Source: Ferroglobus placidus DSM 10642
GTDB taxonomy: Archaea; Halobacteriota; Archaeoglobi; Archaeoglobales; Archaeoglobaceae
Length of the DNA: 32,000 bases
Direction: 5' to 3'
NCBI RefSeq assembly: GCF_000025505.1
Contig: NC_013849.1
Location: forward strand, 660,001-692,000
Shown here: in pieces, positions 1 through 14,113 of the stretch
How the letters are laid out: every line of letters starts with the position of its first letter
How positions within the stretch are numbered: the first letter of the stretch is position 1
Made by a program: the position numbers and the translations under genes
The notes under the pieces: model-generated
What the model saw: the letters and a program-made list of their open reading frames with translations, nothing else
The model's database searches: none
What the model was told of the DNA's origin: nothing

Positions 1-1342
1 CTTATCTTTTCAACCTTAACCTCTAAGTGCAGCTCTCCCATTCCGCTTATTAAGTGCTCTCCGGTCTCTTCGTTCAGAGTTACTTGCAGCGTTGGGTCTT
101 CCTTAGCAAGCTTCCTCAAAACTTCTATGAGCTTTGGCAAGTCTCTCGGGTTTTTAGCTTCAATAGCCATCGTCACAACCGGCTCGCTGAAGTGCTGTAT
201 GGACTCGAAAGGCTCCATATCCTCAACTGATGTGCATGTCGATCCGGCAGCCGCATCTCTTAATCCAACAACCGCCACTATGTTTCCAGCCGGAACTTCC
301 TCAACTTCCACTCTCTTCGGTCCCATGAACAGTCCTACCGTCTGCACTCTGTTTTTGGTCTTCCTGTCTATGATGTAGAGGTCCATTCCCGGCTTTAGCG
401 TTCCGCTGAAAAGCCTTCCTACGGCTATCTCTCCAGCGTGAGGATCTGCGACGATCTTCGTTATCATTAAAGCTACCGGTCCTTTGGGATCGCAGTTGAG
501 CATAGCCTGTCCAACCTTGCTGTTTATGTCTCCCTTCCATATCGTCCTTATTCTCTCCTTCTGAGCCTCTATCGGCGAAGGCAAGTGCTTTACGACCATG
601 TCAAGAACGACAACGTGAAGCGGGCTCTTCTTCGCCAAAGTCTTCCAGTCGTCGCTCTGCAAGTATTCGTAAACTTCCTTGAATCCTACTCCCGTTTCCT
701 TCATCGACGGAACGCTCACTGCCCAGTTGTAGAGAGCTGAGCCGAAAGCCACGCTTCCGTTAGTAACGTCAAGCTTCCACTCGTTGTACTTCTCCGGCTT
801 CATCACTTTAATGAGCTTGTTTACCTCGGTGATAACCTTCAACAACCTCTTCTGCATTTCCTCAGGAGTAACTTCCAACTCCCTTATGAGTCTGTCAACC
901 TTGTTTATGAACAGAACGGGCTTTACGTTTTCTCTCAAAGCTTGTCTGAGCACAGTTTCTGTCTGAGGCATCACACCTTCTACTGCATCAACAACCACGA
1001 TGACCCCATCGACAGCTCTCATCGCTCTCGTTACTTCTCCTCCGAAGTCGACGTGTCCTGGAGTGTCTATGAGGTTGATCAGGTATTCTTTCCCCTTGTA
1101 TTCGTGAACCATAGAAACGCTTGCAGCGTTTATTGTAATTCCTCTCTCCCTTTCCTGCTCGTCGAAGTCAAGATAAAGCTGCCTTCCAGCCAGCTCTTCG
1201 CTGATCATTCCAGCTCCGGCTAAGAGGTTATCTGAAAGCGTTGTTTTTCCGTGATCGATGTGAGCGACTATTCCCATGTTTCTGATTCTCTCCGGTTTGT
1301 ACATGAGTTCCTTGATCTTGTCAATCATTTTCTTCGCTCTCA
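1..1342 (-). CDS. fusA: Translation elongation factor aEF-2, N-terminal ~447 codons; the 3' end runs off the left edge of the window
   Basis: It is absent from the ORF track because there is no stop inside the window. Manual translation from the ATG at 1342..1340 gives [38 protein letters not shown] (G1 motif AHIDHGKTT). [13 protein letters not shown] (G3 motif) lies near 1040-1078. The gene follows S12-S7, as in the conserved cluster. Confidence 0.95.
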
Positions 1343-1348
1343 TTTACA

Positions 1349-1933
1349 TCACCTCGCTGATTTGGCGACTCTCTCGACTTCCTCTTTCTTGGCTATAGCG
1401 TAGCTTCTGCTCTCGTTGTTTGCAGCAGCAATTATTTCATCAGCTAAAGCCTGAGCGATGCTTTTCTTGGATTTGAAGGCTGCGAGTCTTGCACCTTCCG
1501 CGATGTTCCTCAAAGCGACATCGAGCCTTCTCAAGCTTGAAGTGTCTACAGCCTTGGGAACGGCAATACCTCCGTACTTTAGCCTAACAACCTCTTCTCT
1601 CGGACCAGCGTTAACGAGAGCGTCAACCAGCACTTGAAGAGGATTCTTCTTCGTCCTCTTTTCTATTATTTCGAAAGCTTCCTTCACGATGTTGTAAGCA
1701 AGTATCTTCTTTCCGGTGTTTCTCCCCTTTCTCATTACCTTGTTTATCAGCCTCTCAACTATGAACACCTTCTGCTTTCCGAAGGGCTCTTTAGCGTGCC
1801 TTCCGTGGGTGTGGGGAACAACTCTCGGCTCTAAGCAGATGTAGTTCTTCAGAGCCGGGTCTTTAACCTCCACTTCAAAAGGATCGTACTTTCCGAATAC
1901 CAAAAGCTCTTCTTTGGTTAGCCCGTACTTCAT
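1349..1933 (-). CDS. rps7: 30S ribosomal protein S7 (uS7)
   Basis: The 194-aa ORF has typical archaeal uS7 sequence (HTHGRHAKEPFGK, LKYGGIAVPKAVDTS). It sits between S12 and EF-2. Confidence 0.95.
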   Translation of the reverse strand: MKYGLTKEELLVFGKYDPFEVEVKDPALKNYICLEPRVVPHTHGRHAKEPFGKQKVFIVERLINKVMRKGRNTGKKILAYNIVKEAFEIIEKRTKKNPLQVLVDALVNAGPREEVVRLKYGGIAVPKAVDTSSLRRLDVALRNIAEGARLAAFKSKKSIAQALADEIIAAANNESRSYAIAKKEEVERVAKSAR

Positions 1934-1937
1934 TAGA

Positions 1938-2366
1938 TCACCTCAGAGGCTTCTCCTTCTTACCCTTCCAGAGCTCCTTAAGGCTCGTTCTGTTCACCTT
2001 GATTACCTTGAATCTTACTCCGGGAATGTCTCCCATCGATCTACCCATTCTTCCTCCAATTCTTTCCACAATCACTTCATCGTGCTCGTCTATGTAGTTT
2101 ATCGCTCCGTCTCCAGGAACGAAAGCCGTTATCTGCTTTCCGTTCTTGATTAGTTGCACTCTTACAGCTTTTCTTATAGCCGAGTTTGGCTGTCGAGCCT
2201 CTATACCTACCTTCTCAAGCACTATCCCTCTTGCCATTGGAGCTCCTTCGAGGGGGTCAGCTTTCACGTTAAGCTCGAGTACTCTTCTCACGTACCTCTT
2301 ATCGCTCCACCTGAACTTCTTCCTGTTTTCGATGAGCTTTCTCGCAGCAAATAATCCTCTCCCCAT
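1938..2366 (-). CDS. rps12: 30S ribosomal protein S12 (uS12)
   Basis: The 142-aa ORF contains [19 protein letters not shown], a hallmark of S12. The gene order is conserved. Confidence 0.95.
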   Translation of the reverse strand: MGRGLFAARKLIENRKKFRWSDKRYVRRVLELNVKADPLEGAPMARGIVLEKVGIEARQPNSAIRKAVRVQLIKNGKQITAFVPGDGAINYIDEHDEVIVERIGGRMGRSMGDIPGVRFKVIKVNRTSLKELWKGKKEKPLR

Positions 2367-2377
2367 ATTTTCACCCC

Positions 2378-2797
2378 CTATTTCACGATCACATCTTCGA
2401 TATCGTGATGCCTCCTCACGAGTTCTTTAGCTTTGTTTATATTTTTTCCGCCCTTCCCTATAACGAAACCCTTGTACTGGAGAGGTGCGTAGACGTGAGC
2501 GACCTTTTTTCCACCTTTATTAATTATCTTTACCCTGACGTTGATCGGCTTGAATATGTTCTTTATGAACTCCTCGGGGTCTTCGCTGTGCTCGACAATC
2601 TCTATTTTCTTTCCTATTATCTCCTTCGCTTTTTCCACGTTTATTCCGCCTTTTCCTATAGCAAGCCCCATGTCTCCTTTTCTAACGACAAGAACGACCT
2701 TGTCATCGTAGATTAGGCAATCCTTAACGTTTGCTCCGGTGAGACTTTCAAATAGCGTCATAATTCTGATACTCTCAGTCGTGAGCTTAACTTCCAT
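2378..2797 (-). CDS. nusA: Archaeal NusA-like protein with two KH domains (transcription termination/antitermination homolog)
   Basis: The 139-aa ORF has two GxxG KH signatures (IGKGGINV and IGKGGKNI). It occupies the canonical position between L30e and S12. Confidence 0.9.
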   Translation of the reverse strand: MEVKLTTESIRIMTLFESLTGANVKDCLIYDDKVVLVVRKGDMGLAIGKGGINVEKAKEIIGKKIEIVEHSEDPEEFIKNIFKPINVRVKIINKGGKKVAHVYAPLQYKGFVIGKGGKNINKAKELVRRHHDIEDVIVK

Positions 2798-2817
2798 AAA
2801 AACACTCTCCTAAAAAA

Positions 2818-6843
<4,026 letters not shown>

Positions 6844-6854
6844 AGAAACTCACC

Positions 6855-8678
6855 TCACGCCTTATCCCCGAGGATTAACCTCGGAGCGATGAGCATCGAT
6901 TTTAGCTCGTCAAGCAGAAGCTTGAAAGCGTAACTCATCTCTATCTTGTGCACGTTGCTTTCATCGTCGCACACCTTGCAGTAGGCTGTGTTCCTCTTGT
7001 AGTCGTATGTAGCCACGTGTCCGCAGTTTCCGCAAACCCAGACTTCCACCTTATCCGACTCTTCGAGCAGTCTGTCTTTCAAAAGCAGAGCTGCTCCATG
7101 CCCGATCAGGACGTCTCTCTCCATCTCTCCGAACCTAAGACCACCTTTCCTCGATCTTCCCTCCGTTGGCTGTCTCGTGAGGATTTGCACCGGTCCTCTG
7201 CTTCTTGCGTGTATCTTGCTCGAGACCATGTGGTACAACTTCTCGTAGTAAATCACTCCGACGAATATCTCAGCCACAAACCTCTTTCCGGTGATTCCGT
7301 CGTACATAACTTCCTTTCCTGTGTAGGAAAATCCGTATTTCTTTAAAGCCTCTCTGAGATCTTCCTCTTTCTCCCCGTGGAATATTGTTCCGTCAACTCT
7401 TCTCGCTTCGATAGCACCTATCTTCCCTCCAATCATCTCCAGAACGTGACCGACGGTCATTCTCGATGGAATCGCGTGAGGATTAATTATCATGTCCGGA
7501 ACTATTCCGCTTTCGGTGAAGGGCATGTCCTCTTCGGGAACTATCAGCCCTATAACACCTTTCTGCCCGTGCCTCGAAGCGAATTTGTCTCCAAGTTCCG
7601 GAATTCTCTGATCCCTCACTCTAACCTTTGCAAGCTTGGCACCGTTCTCTGAGAGGGTTAGAAAGACTGCATCGACGATTCCACTCTCGTTGCTTCTCAT
7701 CGTAACTGAAGTCTCTCTCCTCTTCTGCGGAGACACTTCGAGTCTTGTAGGCTCCTCAAGGAATCTCGGCGGAGACGTCTTGCCTATGAGAACGTCGTCA
7801 GGACCGACCTCAGTTTCCGGCACAACTAGTCCGTCCTCGTCGAGGTGTATGTAGGCTTCCGCTCCTCTATAGCCATTCACATCGGAAGGGGGAATTTCGA
7901 ACTTATCTTCCTGCCCACCGGGATACCTTATTTCTTCAGCCTCGTAGGTTCTGTAGAAGTGAGATCTTCCCAAACCTCTCTCTATGCTCGCTTTGTTGAA
8001 AATGAGAGCGTCTTCTATGTTGTACCCTTCGTAGCTCACAACAGCAACGACAAAATTCTGTCCAGCCGGTCTTTCATCGTACTTGATTTCAAGCTGCGTA
8101 TCCGTTGTGACGATCGGAATTTGAGGATAGTGTAAAAGGTGCCCCCTCGTGTCGGCTCTAAGCGGAAGATTGGCGTAGGGAATTCCGAGACTCTGCTTTA
8201 TCATCGCAGCTCCCATCGTGTTTCTCGGAGATGCGTTGTGCTCCGGATAAGGAATGCTGCCCGTGCAAATACCGACTATGAGCGAAGGATCGAGCTCAAG
8301 GTGGGTGTGCTCCTCAGTCAGCTCTTCTTCGTTCACCGCTATGTAAGCGTTCTCTTCCTCCTCAGCGTCGAGAAATTCGATTCTTCCCTGCCTTACGAGG
8401 TCTTCGAAGGTAATCTCTCCCTTCTTAAGCTTTTCTATGTGCTTTTCAGTCACGAGGGGTTTTCCGTTTTTGACGACTATGAGAGGTCTTCTCGCCCTTC
8501 CCGCATCCGTGTTTATCCTGACTTCATTGGAGTCTGGATAGTATGCGACGTTGACCTGATTGCTTATCCTCCCCTTCCTCCTCAACTCTCTAATCTGCTC
8601 CGCAAGAGCTTTTCCGTCATCAACAAAACCTATTAGCGCCCCGTTAACGTAAACCCTACATTTCCTCATGATCTTCAC
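6855..8678 (-). CDS. rpoB1: DNA-directed RNA polymerase subunit B' (C-terminal part of the split B subunit)
   Basis: The 607-aa ORF contains [18 protein letters not shown] and a C-terminal Zn ribbon (CGNCGH...CKVC). It has an ATGA overlap with rpoB2. Confidence 0.97.
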   Translation of the reverse strand: MKIMRKCRVYVNGALIGFVDDGKALAEQIRELRRKGRISNQVNVAYYPDSNEVRINTDAGRARRPLIVVKNGKPLVTEKHIEKLKKGEITFEDLVRQGRIEFLDAEEEENAYIAVNEEELTEEHTHLELDPSLIVGICTGSIPYPEHNASPRNTMGAAMIKQSLGIPYANLPLRADTRGHLLHYPQIPIVTTDTQLEIKYDERPAGQNFVVAVVSYEGYNIEDALIFNKASIERGLGRSHFYRTYEAEEIRYPGGQEDKFEIPPSDVNGYRGAEAYIHLDEDGLVVPETEVGPDDVLIGKTSPPRFLEEPTRLEVSPQKRRETSVTMRSNESGIVDAVFLTLSENGAKLAKVRVRDQRIPELGDKFASRHGQKGVIGLIVPEEDMPFTESGIVPDMIINPHAIPSRMTVGHVLEMIGGKIGAIEARRVDGTIFHGEKEEDLREALKKYGFSYTGKEVMYDGITGKRFVAEIFVGVIYYEKLYHMVSSKIHARSRGPVQILTRQPTEGRSRKGGLRFGEMERDVLIGHGAALLLKDRLLEESDKVEVWVCGNCGHVATYDYKRNTAYCKVCDDESNVHKIEMSYAFKLLLDELKSMLIAPRLILGDKA

Positions 8679-10150
8679 CTTCCCTTAATCGGCTCGACGC
8701 CGAGGGAGTAAAGGACGTTTATAATCTCATTCTCGTCGACACCAACGCTTACCTCAGCATACTGAGCGAAGTTCTTCACCAATCCACAGTTCGGACCTTC
8801 AGGAGTTTCGTTCGGACAAATTCTTCCCCACTGCGTCGGATGCAAATCTCTCGCTTCGAAGTGGGGCTGCGATCTTGATAGGGGAGAAACCACTCTTCTC
8901 AAATGTGAGAGGAGGGACATGTAGTTGTGCCTGTCTATGAGCTGGGAAACTCCGGTTCTCCCACCAACCCAGTTCCCTGTAGCCATTGGATGCATTAGTC
9001 TGTCGGTAAGAACGTCGCTCCTTACAGCTGTGCTCATTCTCAGCTGCCTTCCTCTAACCTTAGCTCTTTCGAGCTGATACTTAACGTCCTTAATTAGCCT
9101 TAGGAATGCAACTCTGAAAATTTCCTCCATCAAATCTCCGGCAAGCTTCAACCTTTTGTTAGCGTAATGATCTTTATCGTCTTCCATTCTGTAGCCTAAA
9201 TAAAGTTCGAAAACGGCTTCAGCCATTCTCGCGAGGAAGAATGCTTTTGCTCTTCTTGCCTCCTTTTCCGTTCCTATGTGGGGTAAGAAGTAGTGATCTA
9301 TTACCTGCGTTGCCCTCTCAATCCTGTATTCTTTGCTCTGACCCGGAGCGACTCTCCTTCCGATGTAGTCTATGGCTTCTTCCTGAGTTTCAACTTCAGC
9401 GACTTCAACGTTTTCGAGCATGAACTTCATTATCTCTGGATCCTCGCTTACCATCTCGACTATCTCCTGATCGCTCTCCACGCCGAGAGCTCTCATCATC
9501 ACGACGAATTGTATCGGCTTTGGAATCTGGGGGAAGGTTACTTCGAGAATGTTGTTTCTGTTTCTCTCAACGACAACCAAAGCTCTGTAGCCGGAGCGCT
9601 GGCTGAAGCATTTCGCTACTTCTACCGGCTCTCCGTACTTCTCCTCTCTTTCGAGAATTATCTTGTTCGGAGCGAGATCTTCTAAAGTGACGAGAGCTCT
9701 TTCGCTTCCGTTTATTATGAAGTAACCGCCCGGATCGAGGGGATCTTCTCCGAATTTCGACGTATCTTTAACTCCGTAGAGGTTGCAGATTTTTGACTTC
9801 ACCATTACCGGCAGCATTCCTATTTTTACCCACTCCTCCTGCTGCGGAGCCCCTTCGTCGACGACTTGACACTTCAGCCAGATTGGCGACGCGTAGGTTA
9901 GATTTCTGAGTCTGGCTTCTACCGGATAAAGCAAGTGCTCAGTACCGTCAGCCTCCTTAACTTTCGGTCTGTCGAGCTTAACTTCTCCGAGAACTACGTA
10001 CGTGTTCTCGATGTCCAGTTCGATAATCCCTTGCTCGTCGATAACCTTTTGCAACCTCTCTTCGATAAATCTGTTGAACGAGTCAAGCTGGTGCCTCACC
10101 AATCTGTCGTGAGTAAAGTAGGCACGAGCAAGAACTCTCCTATCTAACAT
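8675..10150 (-). CDS. rpoB2: DNA-directed RNA polymerase subunit B'' (N-terminal part of the split B subunit)
   Basis: The 491-aa ORF has typical N-terminal Rpb2-like sequence ([33 protein letters not shown]). Confidence 0.97.
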   Translation of the reverse strand: MLDRRVLARAYFTHDRLVRHQLDSFNRFIEERLQKVIDEQGIIELDIENTYVVLGEVKLDRPKVKEADGTEHLLYPVEARLRNLTYASPIWLKCQVVDEGAPQQEEWVKIGMLPVMVKSKICNLYGVKDTSKFGEDPLDPGGYFIINGSERALVTLEDLAPNKIILEREEKYGEPVEVAKCFSQRSGYRALVVVERNRNNILEVTFPQIPKPIQFVVMMRALGVESDQEIVEMVSEDPEIMKFMLENVEVAEVETQEEAIDYIGRRVAPGQSKEYRIERATQVIDHYFLPHIGTEKEARRAKAFFLARMAEAVFELYLGYRMEDDKDHYANKRLKLAGDLMEEIFRVAFLRLIKDVKYQLERAKVRGRQLRMSTAVRSDVLTDRLMHPMATGNWVGGRTGVSQLIDRHNYMSLLSHLRRVVSPLSRSQPHFEARDLHPTQWGRICPNETPEGPNCGLVKNFAQYAEVSVGVDENEIINVLYSLGVEPIKGR

Positions 10151-10196
10151 CCCACCACCTCAAAATTTTCCCCAATTCCGAAAAACGTTCTCGTTT

Positions 10197-10427
10197 TCAT
10201 ATAACCAGTCTGTAAGCGATACTTTTTCCGGCAGTTTTACTCTCCCTAATAATTCTAACGATATCACCCGGCTTAGCACCAATTTCTTTAGCAATAGGGT
10301 CGTCTGCCCTAATTTTAGGAAGATCCTCTTTTCTAACACCGAGTATTTTAAGGAGTTCTTCAGCTTCCTCCTTACTCAACAACTCGTGTTTCGGAACCAG
10401 TATGTGATCCTGAAGCTTGAACTTCAT
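10197..10427 (-). CDS. rpoH: DNA-directed RNA polymerase subunit H (Rpb5-like)
   Basis: The 76-aa ORF ([19 protein letters not shown]...GDIVRIIR) is the first gene of the RNAP operon. A strong SD (GAGGAGGTAGGAC) directly precedes the ATG. Confidence 0.93.
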   Translation of the reverse strand: MKFKLQDHILVPKHELLSKEEAEELLKILGVRKEDLPKIRADDPIAKEIGAKPGDIVRIIRESKTAGKSIAYRLVI

Positions 10428-10460
10428 GTCCTACCTCCTCTTCGTAAAGGGAGTAAGTAA

Positions 10461-10534
10461 CGGGCTCGACGGGATTTGAACCCGCGACCGACGGGTTAAA
10501 AGCCCGTCGCTCTACCTGGCTGAGCTACGAGCCC
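10461..10534 (-). tRNA. tRNA-Lys (anticodon UUU)
   Basis: I folded the cloverleaf by hand from the reverse complement. Acceptor GGGCTCG/CGAGCCC, D arm GCTC..GAGC, anticodon stem ACGGG/CCCGT with loop CTTTTAA, T arm GCGGG-TTCAAAT-CCCGT, discriminator G. CCA is not encoded. Confidence 0.9.
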
Positions 10535-10610
10535 TCCCTCAGCATTTCCCACTAAACACTCTATCTGCTTTTAAGAGTTTCGCACATAATAAATATTTTA
10601 CCGCCCAAAA

Positions 10611-10621
10611 GTATTATAAAT
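10611..10621 (+). promoter_or_regulatory. Candidate TATA box for tRNA-Glu
   Basis: GTATTATAAAT lies about 25-30 nt upstream of the mature 5' end at 10645. This spacing is typical of archaeal BRE/TATA promoters. Confidence 0.4.
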
Positions 10622-10644
10622 CCGACAAGTGTTTTCGCTTTTGA

Positions 10645-10720
<76 letters not shown>

Positions 10721-10829
10721 TCTTCTAAACTGTTTAGAAATGATCGCAAGCCGGATACATGATGTTTCCAGATTACGTTGCAATTGGAATGTTAATCGGA
10801 AATATAGCCTTTTTAATCTCTCTGATAGC

Positions 10830-11093
10830 CTAAGCGATCAGGAACGTCTCACATAAAGGAAAAGGTAAAAAATTAACAAGATTAGGAATATCAGAGGAGA
10901 GAATCCGATTAAAAATCCTTTCTTCTTTATTGGTTGGAAAGATTATCAAAGGATTTTCAGCCAGTTTAGATCCCTTTCCCAGTATCTGCGGTAACAGGTA
11001 GATCAGAACTCCAGCTATGATCAGGAATATTCTGAAGATTATCAGGCTCAACCCCAAGAACTTTTCGAACTCGATTAACTCCTTCATCGTCAT
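10830..11093 (-). CDS. Hypothetical small membrane protein (one predicted TM helix)
   Basis: The 87-aa ORF has a hydrophobic stretch (LGLSLIIFRIFLIIAGVLIYLL). I recognise no family. It competes with an overlapping ORF in another frame. Confidence 0.3.
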   Translation of the reverse strand: MTMKELIEFEKFLGLSLIIFRIFLIIAGVLIYLLPQILGKGSKLAENPLIIFPTNKEERIFNRILSSDIPNLVNFLPFPLCETFLIA

Positions 11094-11259
11094 ATAAGCG
11101 TTCTACGAACTTATTTATGAAGATTTTATTTATGAAGATTTCTTGAGAAGTGTGTTGCTTCATTTAACCGCTTGAGATCTTTGATAACCTGTCCGATAGC
11201 TGAACTGTAAACTTCATTCGAGACCTCTTCTTCGCCTCTTCCAGCGTGTAAACTTTCAT
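10966..11259 (-). pseudogene. Possible ribbon-helix-helix (CopG-like) gene interrupted by an in-frame TAA
   Basis: A 31-codon ORF (11259..11164, MKVYTLEEAKKRSRMKFTVQLSDRLSKISSG*) has a strong SD (GAGGAGG before the ATG). It is contiguous and in frame with the 65-aa ORF 11163..10966, separated only by the TAA. KFTVQLSDRL resembles an RHH beta-strand. The RHH assignment is weak. Confidence 0.25.
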
Positions 11260-11313
11260 CCTCCTCTTCACTAAATTATTGTCAGAATAAGGAAAAACGG
11301 TTGAAGAACGCTT

Positions 11314-12549
11314 TCAGGGAAATATCCCTCTGAGCTCCAAAGCTTTTACAACTCTTCTTAATGCCAAGATCATTGCGGCATCTCTCATCAAAATTGCTCC
11401 GAACTCTCTTTTTGTCTTAACGACGTCTTCGAAAGCTCTGACCATTATTCTCTCAAGCTCGGAATTAACTCTTTCCTCATCCCAGAAATATCTTTCGAGG
11501 TCCTGAACCCACTCGAAGTAGCTTACGACGACACCTCCGGCGTTGGCAAGTATATCCGGCACCACAAGCTCACATTTTTTGTCCAAATACTCCTCAGCCT
11601 CCGGAGTGATCGGACCGTTTGCAGCTTCGACGATTATTCTTGCTTTAACATTCCTAACGTTATCCTTCGTTATGACGTTCTCGATGGCTGCCGGAATTAA
11701 AACGTCCACATCTAAGCTCAAAAGTTCTTCGTTTGTTATGTTTTCCGCGAAATTCAGAACACTTCCGGTTCTTTTTTTGTGTTCAAAAAGTGCTTCGATA
11801 TCCAGACCTTCCCAGTTTAAAACTCCTCCTTTCGAGTCGCTTACAGCCACAATTTTAGCTCCCATCTCCGAAAGAATCTTGGCGGCATGATATCCAACAT
11901 TTCCAAAACCTTGAATCGCTACAGTTAAATTTTTCAGATCCTCTCCAAGAAGTTTCGCAACCTCCCTCGTTATTATCGCCACTCCTCTCCCAGTGGCTGA
12001 TTTTCTTCCGAGAGAACCGCCAAGCTCAACCGGCTTTCCAGTTACGATGCCTGGAACCGCGTATCCTTTATAAACGCTGTAGGTATCCATAATCCAAGCC
12101 ATCACCCTCTCGTCTGTGTACAAGTCCGGAGCGGGGATGTCTCTTTCCGGACCTATTATCGGAAGTATCGCGGCAGTATACCTCCTCGTCAACCTTTCAA
12201 GTTCGCTCTCGCTCAGCTTTTTTGGATCGACTCTTACTCCTCCTTTCCCCCCGCCGAAAGGAATGTTCACGACAGCGCACTTCCAAGTCATCCACATAGC
12301 TAAAGCAACTACTTCATCTCTATTCACGTTCGGATGATACCTTATCCCGCCTTTGTAAGGACCTCTAATTCCGCAGTGCTGAGCTCTGTAGCCAGTAAAT
12401 ACCTCGATTCTTCCATCGTCCATTTTTACGGGAATCTTTACTTCGATTACCCTATCGGGAACTTTTAAGTACTCCACGACGTCTTCCCTCAAATTTATCA
12501 TCTCTGCCGCTCTTTCGAGCTGAACGCAAGCCATTTCGTAAGGATTCAT
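11314..12549 (-). CDS. gdhA: Glutamate dehydrogenase (NAD(P)+)
   Basis: Motifs are KGGIRYHP and PFGGGKGG (catalytic Lys region), plus the Rossmann GFGNVG. I placed the start at MNPYEMA (12549), which follows GGAGGTGGAGGA and overlaps the upstream stop as ATGA. The ORF-track start at 12615 adds 22 unlikely residues. Confidence 0.93.
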   Translation of the reverse strand: MNPYEMACVQLERAAEMINLREDVVEYLKVPDRVIEVKIPVKMDDGRIEVFTGYRAQHCGIRGPYKGGIRYHPNVNRDEVVALAMWMTWKCAVVNIPFGGGKGGVRVDPKKLSESELERLTRRYTAAILPIIGPERDIPAPDLYTDERVMAWIMDTYSVYKGYAVPGIVTGKPVELGGSLGRKSATGRGVAIITREVAKLLGEDLKNLTVAIQGFGNVGYHAAKILSEMGAKIVAVSDSKGGVLNWEGLDIEALFEHKKRTGSVLNFAENITNEELLSLDVDVLIPAAIENVITKDNVRNVKARIIVEAANGPITPEAEEYLDKKCELVVPDILANAGGVVVSYFEWVQDLERYFWDEERVNSELERIMVRAFEDVVKTKREFGAILMRDAAMILALRRVVKALELRGIFP

Positions 12550-12782
12550 TCCTCCACCTCCAAAAATCCGTACTCCTTTCCAATTTCCAACCAAGCCCAA
12601 GCCCAAACGACGCATTCAAAAGCTCTAATCAAATCGTTCTTTCTCAAAAAATATTCGGAATCAGATATGTACGCTCTGATGTTTCTCTCAAAATCCTCAA
12701 ATCCGTTCTTAGCTCTAAACTTCTTCTTCTTTATCCTCTCCAGCCACTTGATCGTCTCTTCTCTAAGTTCTTCTTCCACCAA
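12546..12782 (-). CDS. Small helical protein, DUF357-like (family assigned from memory)
   Basis: The 78-aa ORF has a C-terminal WAWAWLEIGKEYGFL segment resembling the aromatic/Gly motif of archaeal DUF357 proteins. It has a TTG (12782) or GTG (12779) start and no internal ATG. It overlaps nfeD by about 20 nt and gdhA by 4 nt. Confidence 0.6.
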   Translation of the reverse strand: MVEEELREETIKWLERIKKKKFRAKNGFEDFERNIRAYISDSEYFLRKNDLIRAFECVVWAWAWLEIGKEYGFLEVEE

Positions 12783-14040
12783 CTTTAACCACCTTCAGCT
12801 TTAATCCCTCTCTTCCGACGACTTCCACCTCATCTCCAACTTCAAGCTTTTCACCGCAAACGACTTCCCAGATTTCCCCTCCGATTTTTGCGAAAGCCCT
12901 CTTATTTACGCTTATAACTTCCCCCCTCTTCCCGATTATCGCCTCTCCACCAATTTTCTTTCTCTCTTTTCTCAGCTGAGAAATCTTAACTATCGCAAAG
13001 GTCATTATTAAAGCCGTGCCTATTGCAACTCCAAGTACAAAGTTTCTTGCTTCGCTGTAGAACTTTTCCGGAAGCATAGGCTCGTTTATCAGCATGAGCA
13101 TCCCGAGAACGAAGCAGAAAATTGAAGCCGCGGCGAGAAATCCGTAAGTTGGAGTAATAAGTTCTGCTATCAGAAAAATTATTGCCAAGAGAATTAATAG
13201 AGCACCTAAGTAGTTAATCTGCATAACACCAAGTCCTGCTAAGGCGAGAATCAGGAAAATAGCACCGAGGGTTTCCGGAATGTAGCCCGGAGACGTTAGT
13301 CCGAAAATGAGGAGGTATATTCCGAGGATTAGAAGTATTGAAGCTATTTCTGGATTCGTGATGAAGTCGTAAATTGTTCCTCTCAAATCGTTTTCTACGT
13401 AAATTATCTCGGGTCTTTCTAAATTCAGCCTAACTTTTTCGCCGTTTACCTCAACTTCCCAGCCGTTTATCTTTTCAAAAAGTTCTTCCTTCGAGTTGGC
13501 GATGACGTCAATCACGTTGTACTTCAAAGCCTCTTTTGCTGACAAGCTGTAAGCTTCCGTGACGAATTTTTCGATTGCCGTTGCGTTTCTCCCCCTCTTC
13601 TCAGCTATGCTTTTCACGTAGCTCGCTAAATATTTTACAGCCTTTTCCTCGACCTTCGTCCCTTCTACTCCCACGGCTATTGGCGTTGCAGCTCCTACAG
13701 AAGTTCCTTCGCTCATTGCAGCAACGTGTCCGGCTATGAGTATGATCGAACCAGCTGAGGCTGAAAAAGCTCCTTGAGGATAAACGTAAGTTACTACGGG
13801 AATTTTGCTGGATAGAATCATCGAGACAATTTTCTCAGTTGATTTAACCAATCCTCCCGGCGTGTCGAGGGTTATTAAAATAGCGTCGGCGTTCTCCTCT
13901 TCAGCTATTTTGAACGCTCTCTCTATCTTTATTACCGTTCCCTCGTTAATAGCTCCTTCTATTCTCACCTCCACAACTTTTGAAGCTTCTGCCTTTGCGA
14001 TTAAAAGGAGGAGCAATATCGGAAGGAGTTTTCTCATCAA
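12763..14040 (-). CDS. NfeD-family membrane-bound serine protease (ClpP-class, stomatin-specific-protease type)
   Basis: The 425-aa ORF has a signal peptide (MMRKLLPILLLLLIAKAEA) and a ClpP-like domain (TLDTPGGL, SASAGSIILIAGH). This is followed by four to five TM helices and a C-terminal OB-like soluble tail, which is the classic long NfeD architecture. Confidence 0.85.
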   Translation of the reverse strand: MMRKLLPILLLLLIAKAEASKVVEVRIEGAINEGTVIKIERAFKIAEEENADAILITLDTPGGLVKSTEKIVSMILSSKIPVVTYVYPQGAFSASAGSIILIAGHVAAMSEGTSVGAATPIAVGVEGTKVEEKAVKYLASYVKSIAEKRGRNATAIEKFVTEAYSLSAKEALKYNVIDVIANSKEELFEKINGWEVEVNGEKVRLNLERPEIIYVENDLRGTIYDFITNPEIASILLILGIYLLIFGLTSPGYIPETLGAIFLILALAGLGVMQINYLGALLILLAIIFLIAELITPTYGFLAAASIFCFVLGMLMLINEPMLPEKFYSEARNFVLGVAIGTALIMTFAIVKISQLRKERKKIGGEAIIGKRGEVISVNKRAFAKIGGEIWEVVCGEKLEVGDEVEVVGREGLKLKVVKVGGRRT

Positions 14041-14113
14041 AAAATTCTGGCAGTTTCAGCGTTAAAAATGTGTCGAATCGTTTTCTTTAAAAAGCAAAAC
14101 ACGTCAGTTTTCT

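Noticed and set aside
10755-10830. Possible C/D-box sRNA (ATGATGT ... CTGA) downstream of tRNA-Glu
   Set aside because: The C box is imperfect. No D' or C' boxes occur at the required ~12-nt guide spacing. The C-to-D distance is also too long.
12550-12615. N-terminal 22-aa extension of glutamate dehydrogenase in the ORF track (MRRLGLGLVGNWKGVRIFGGGG)
   Set aside because: It lies entirely within the upstream 78-aa gene. The internal ATG at 12549 has a strong SD and gives a canonical GDH N-terminus.
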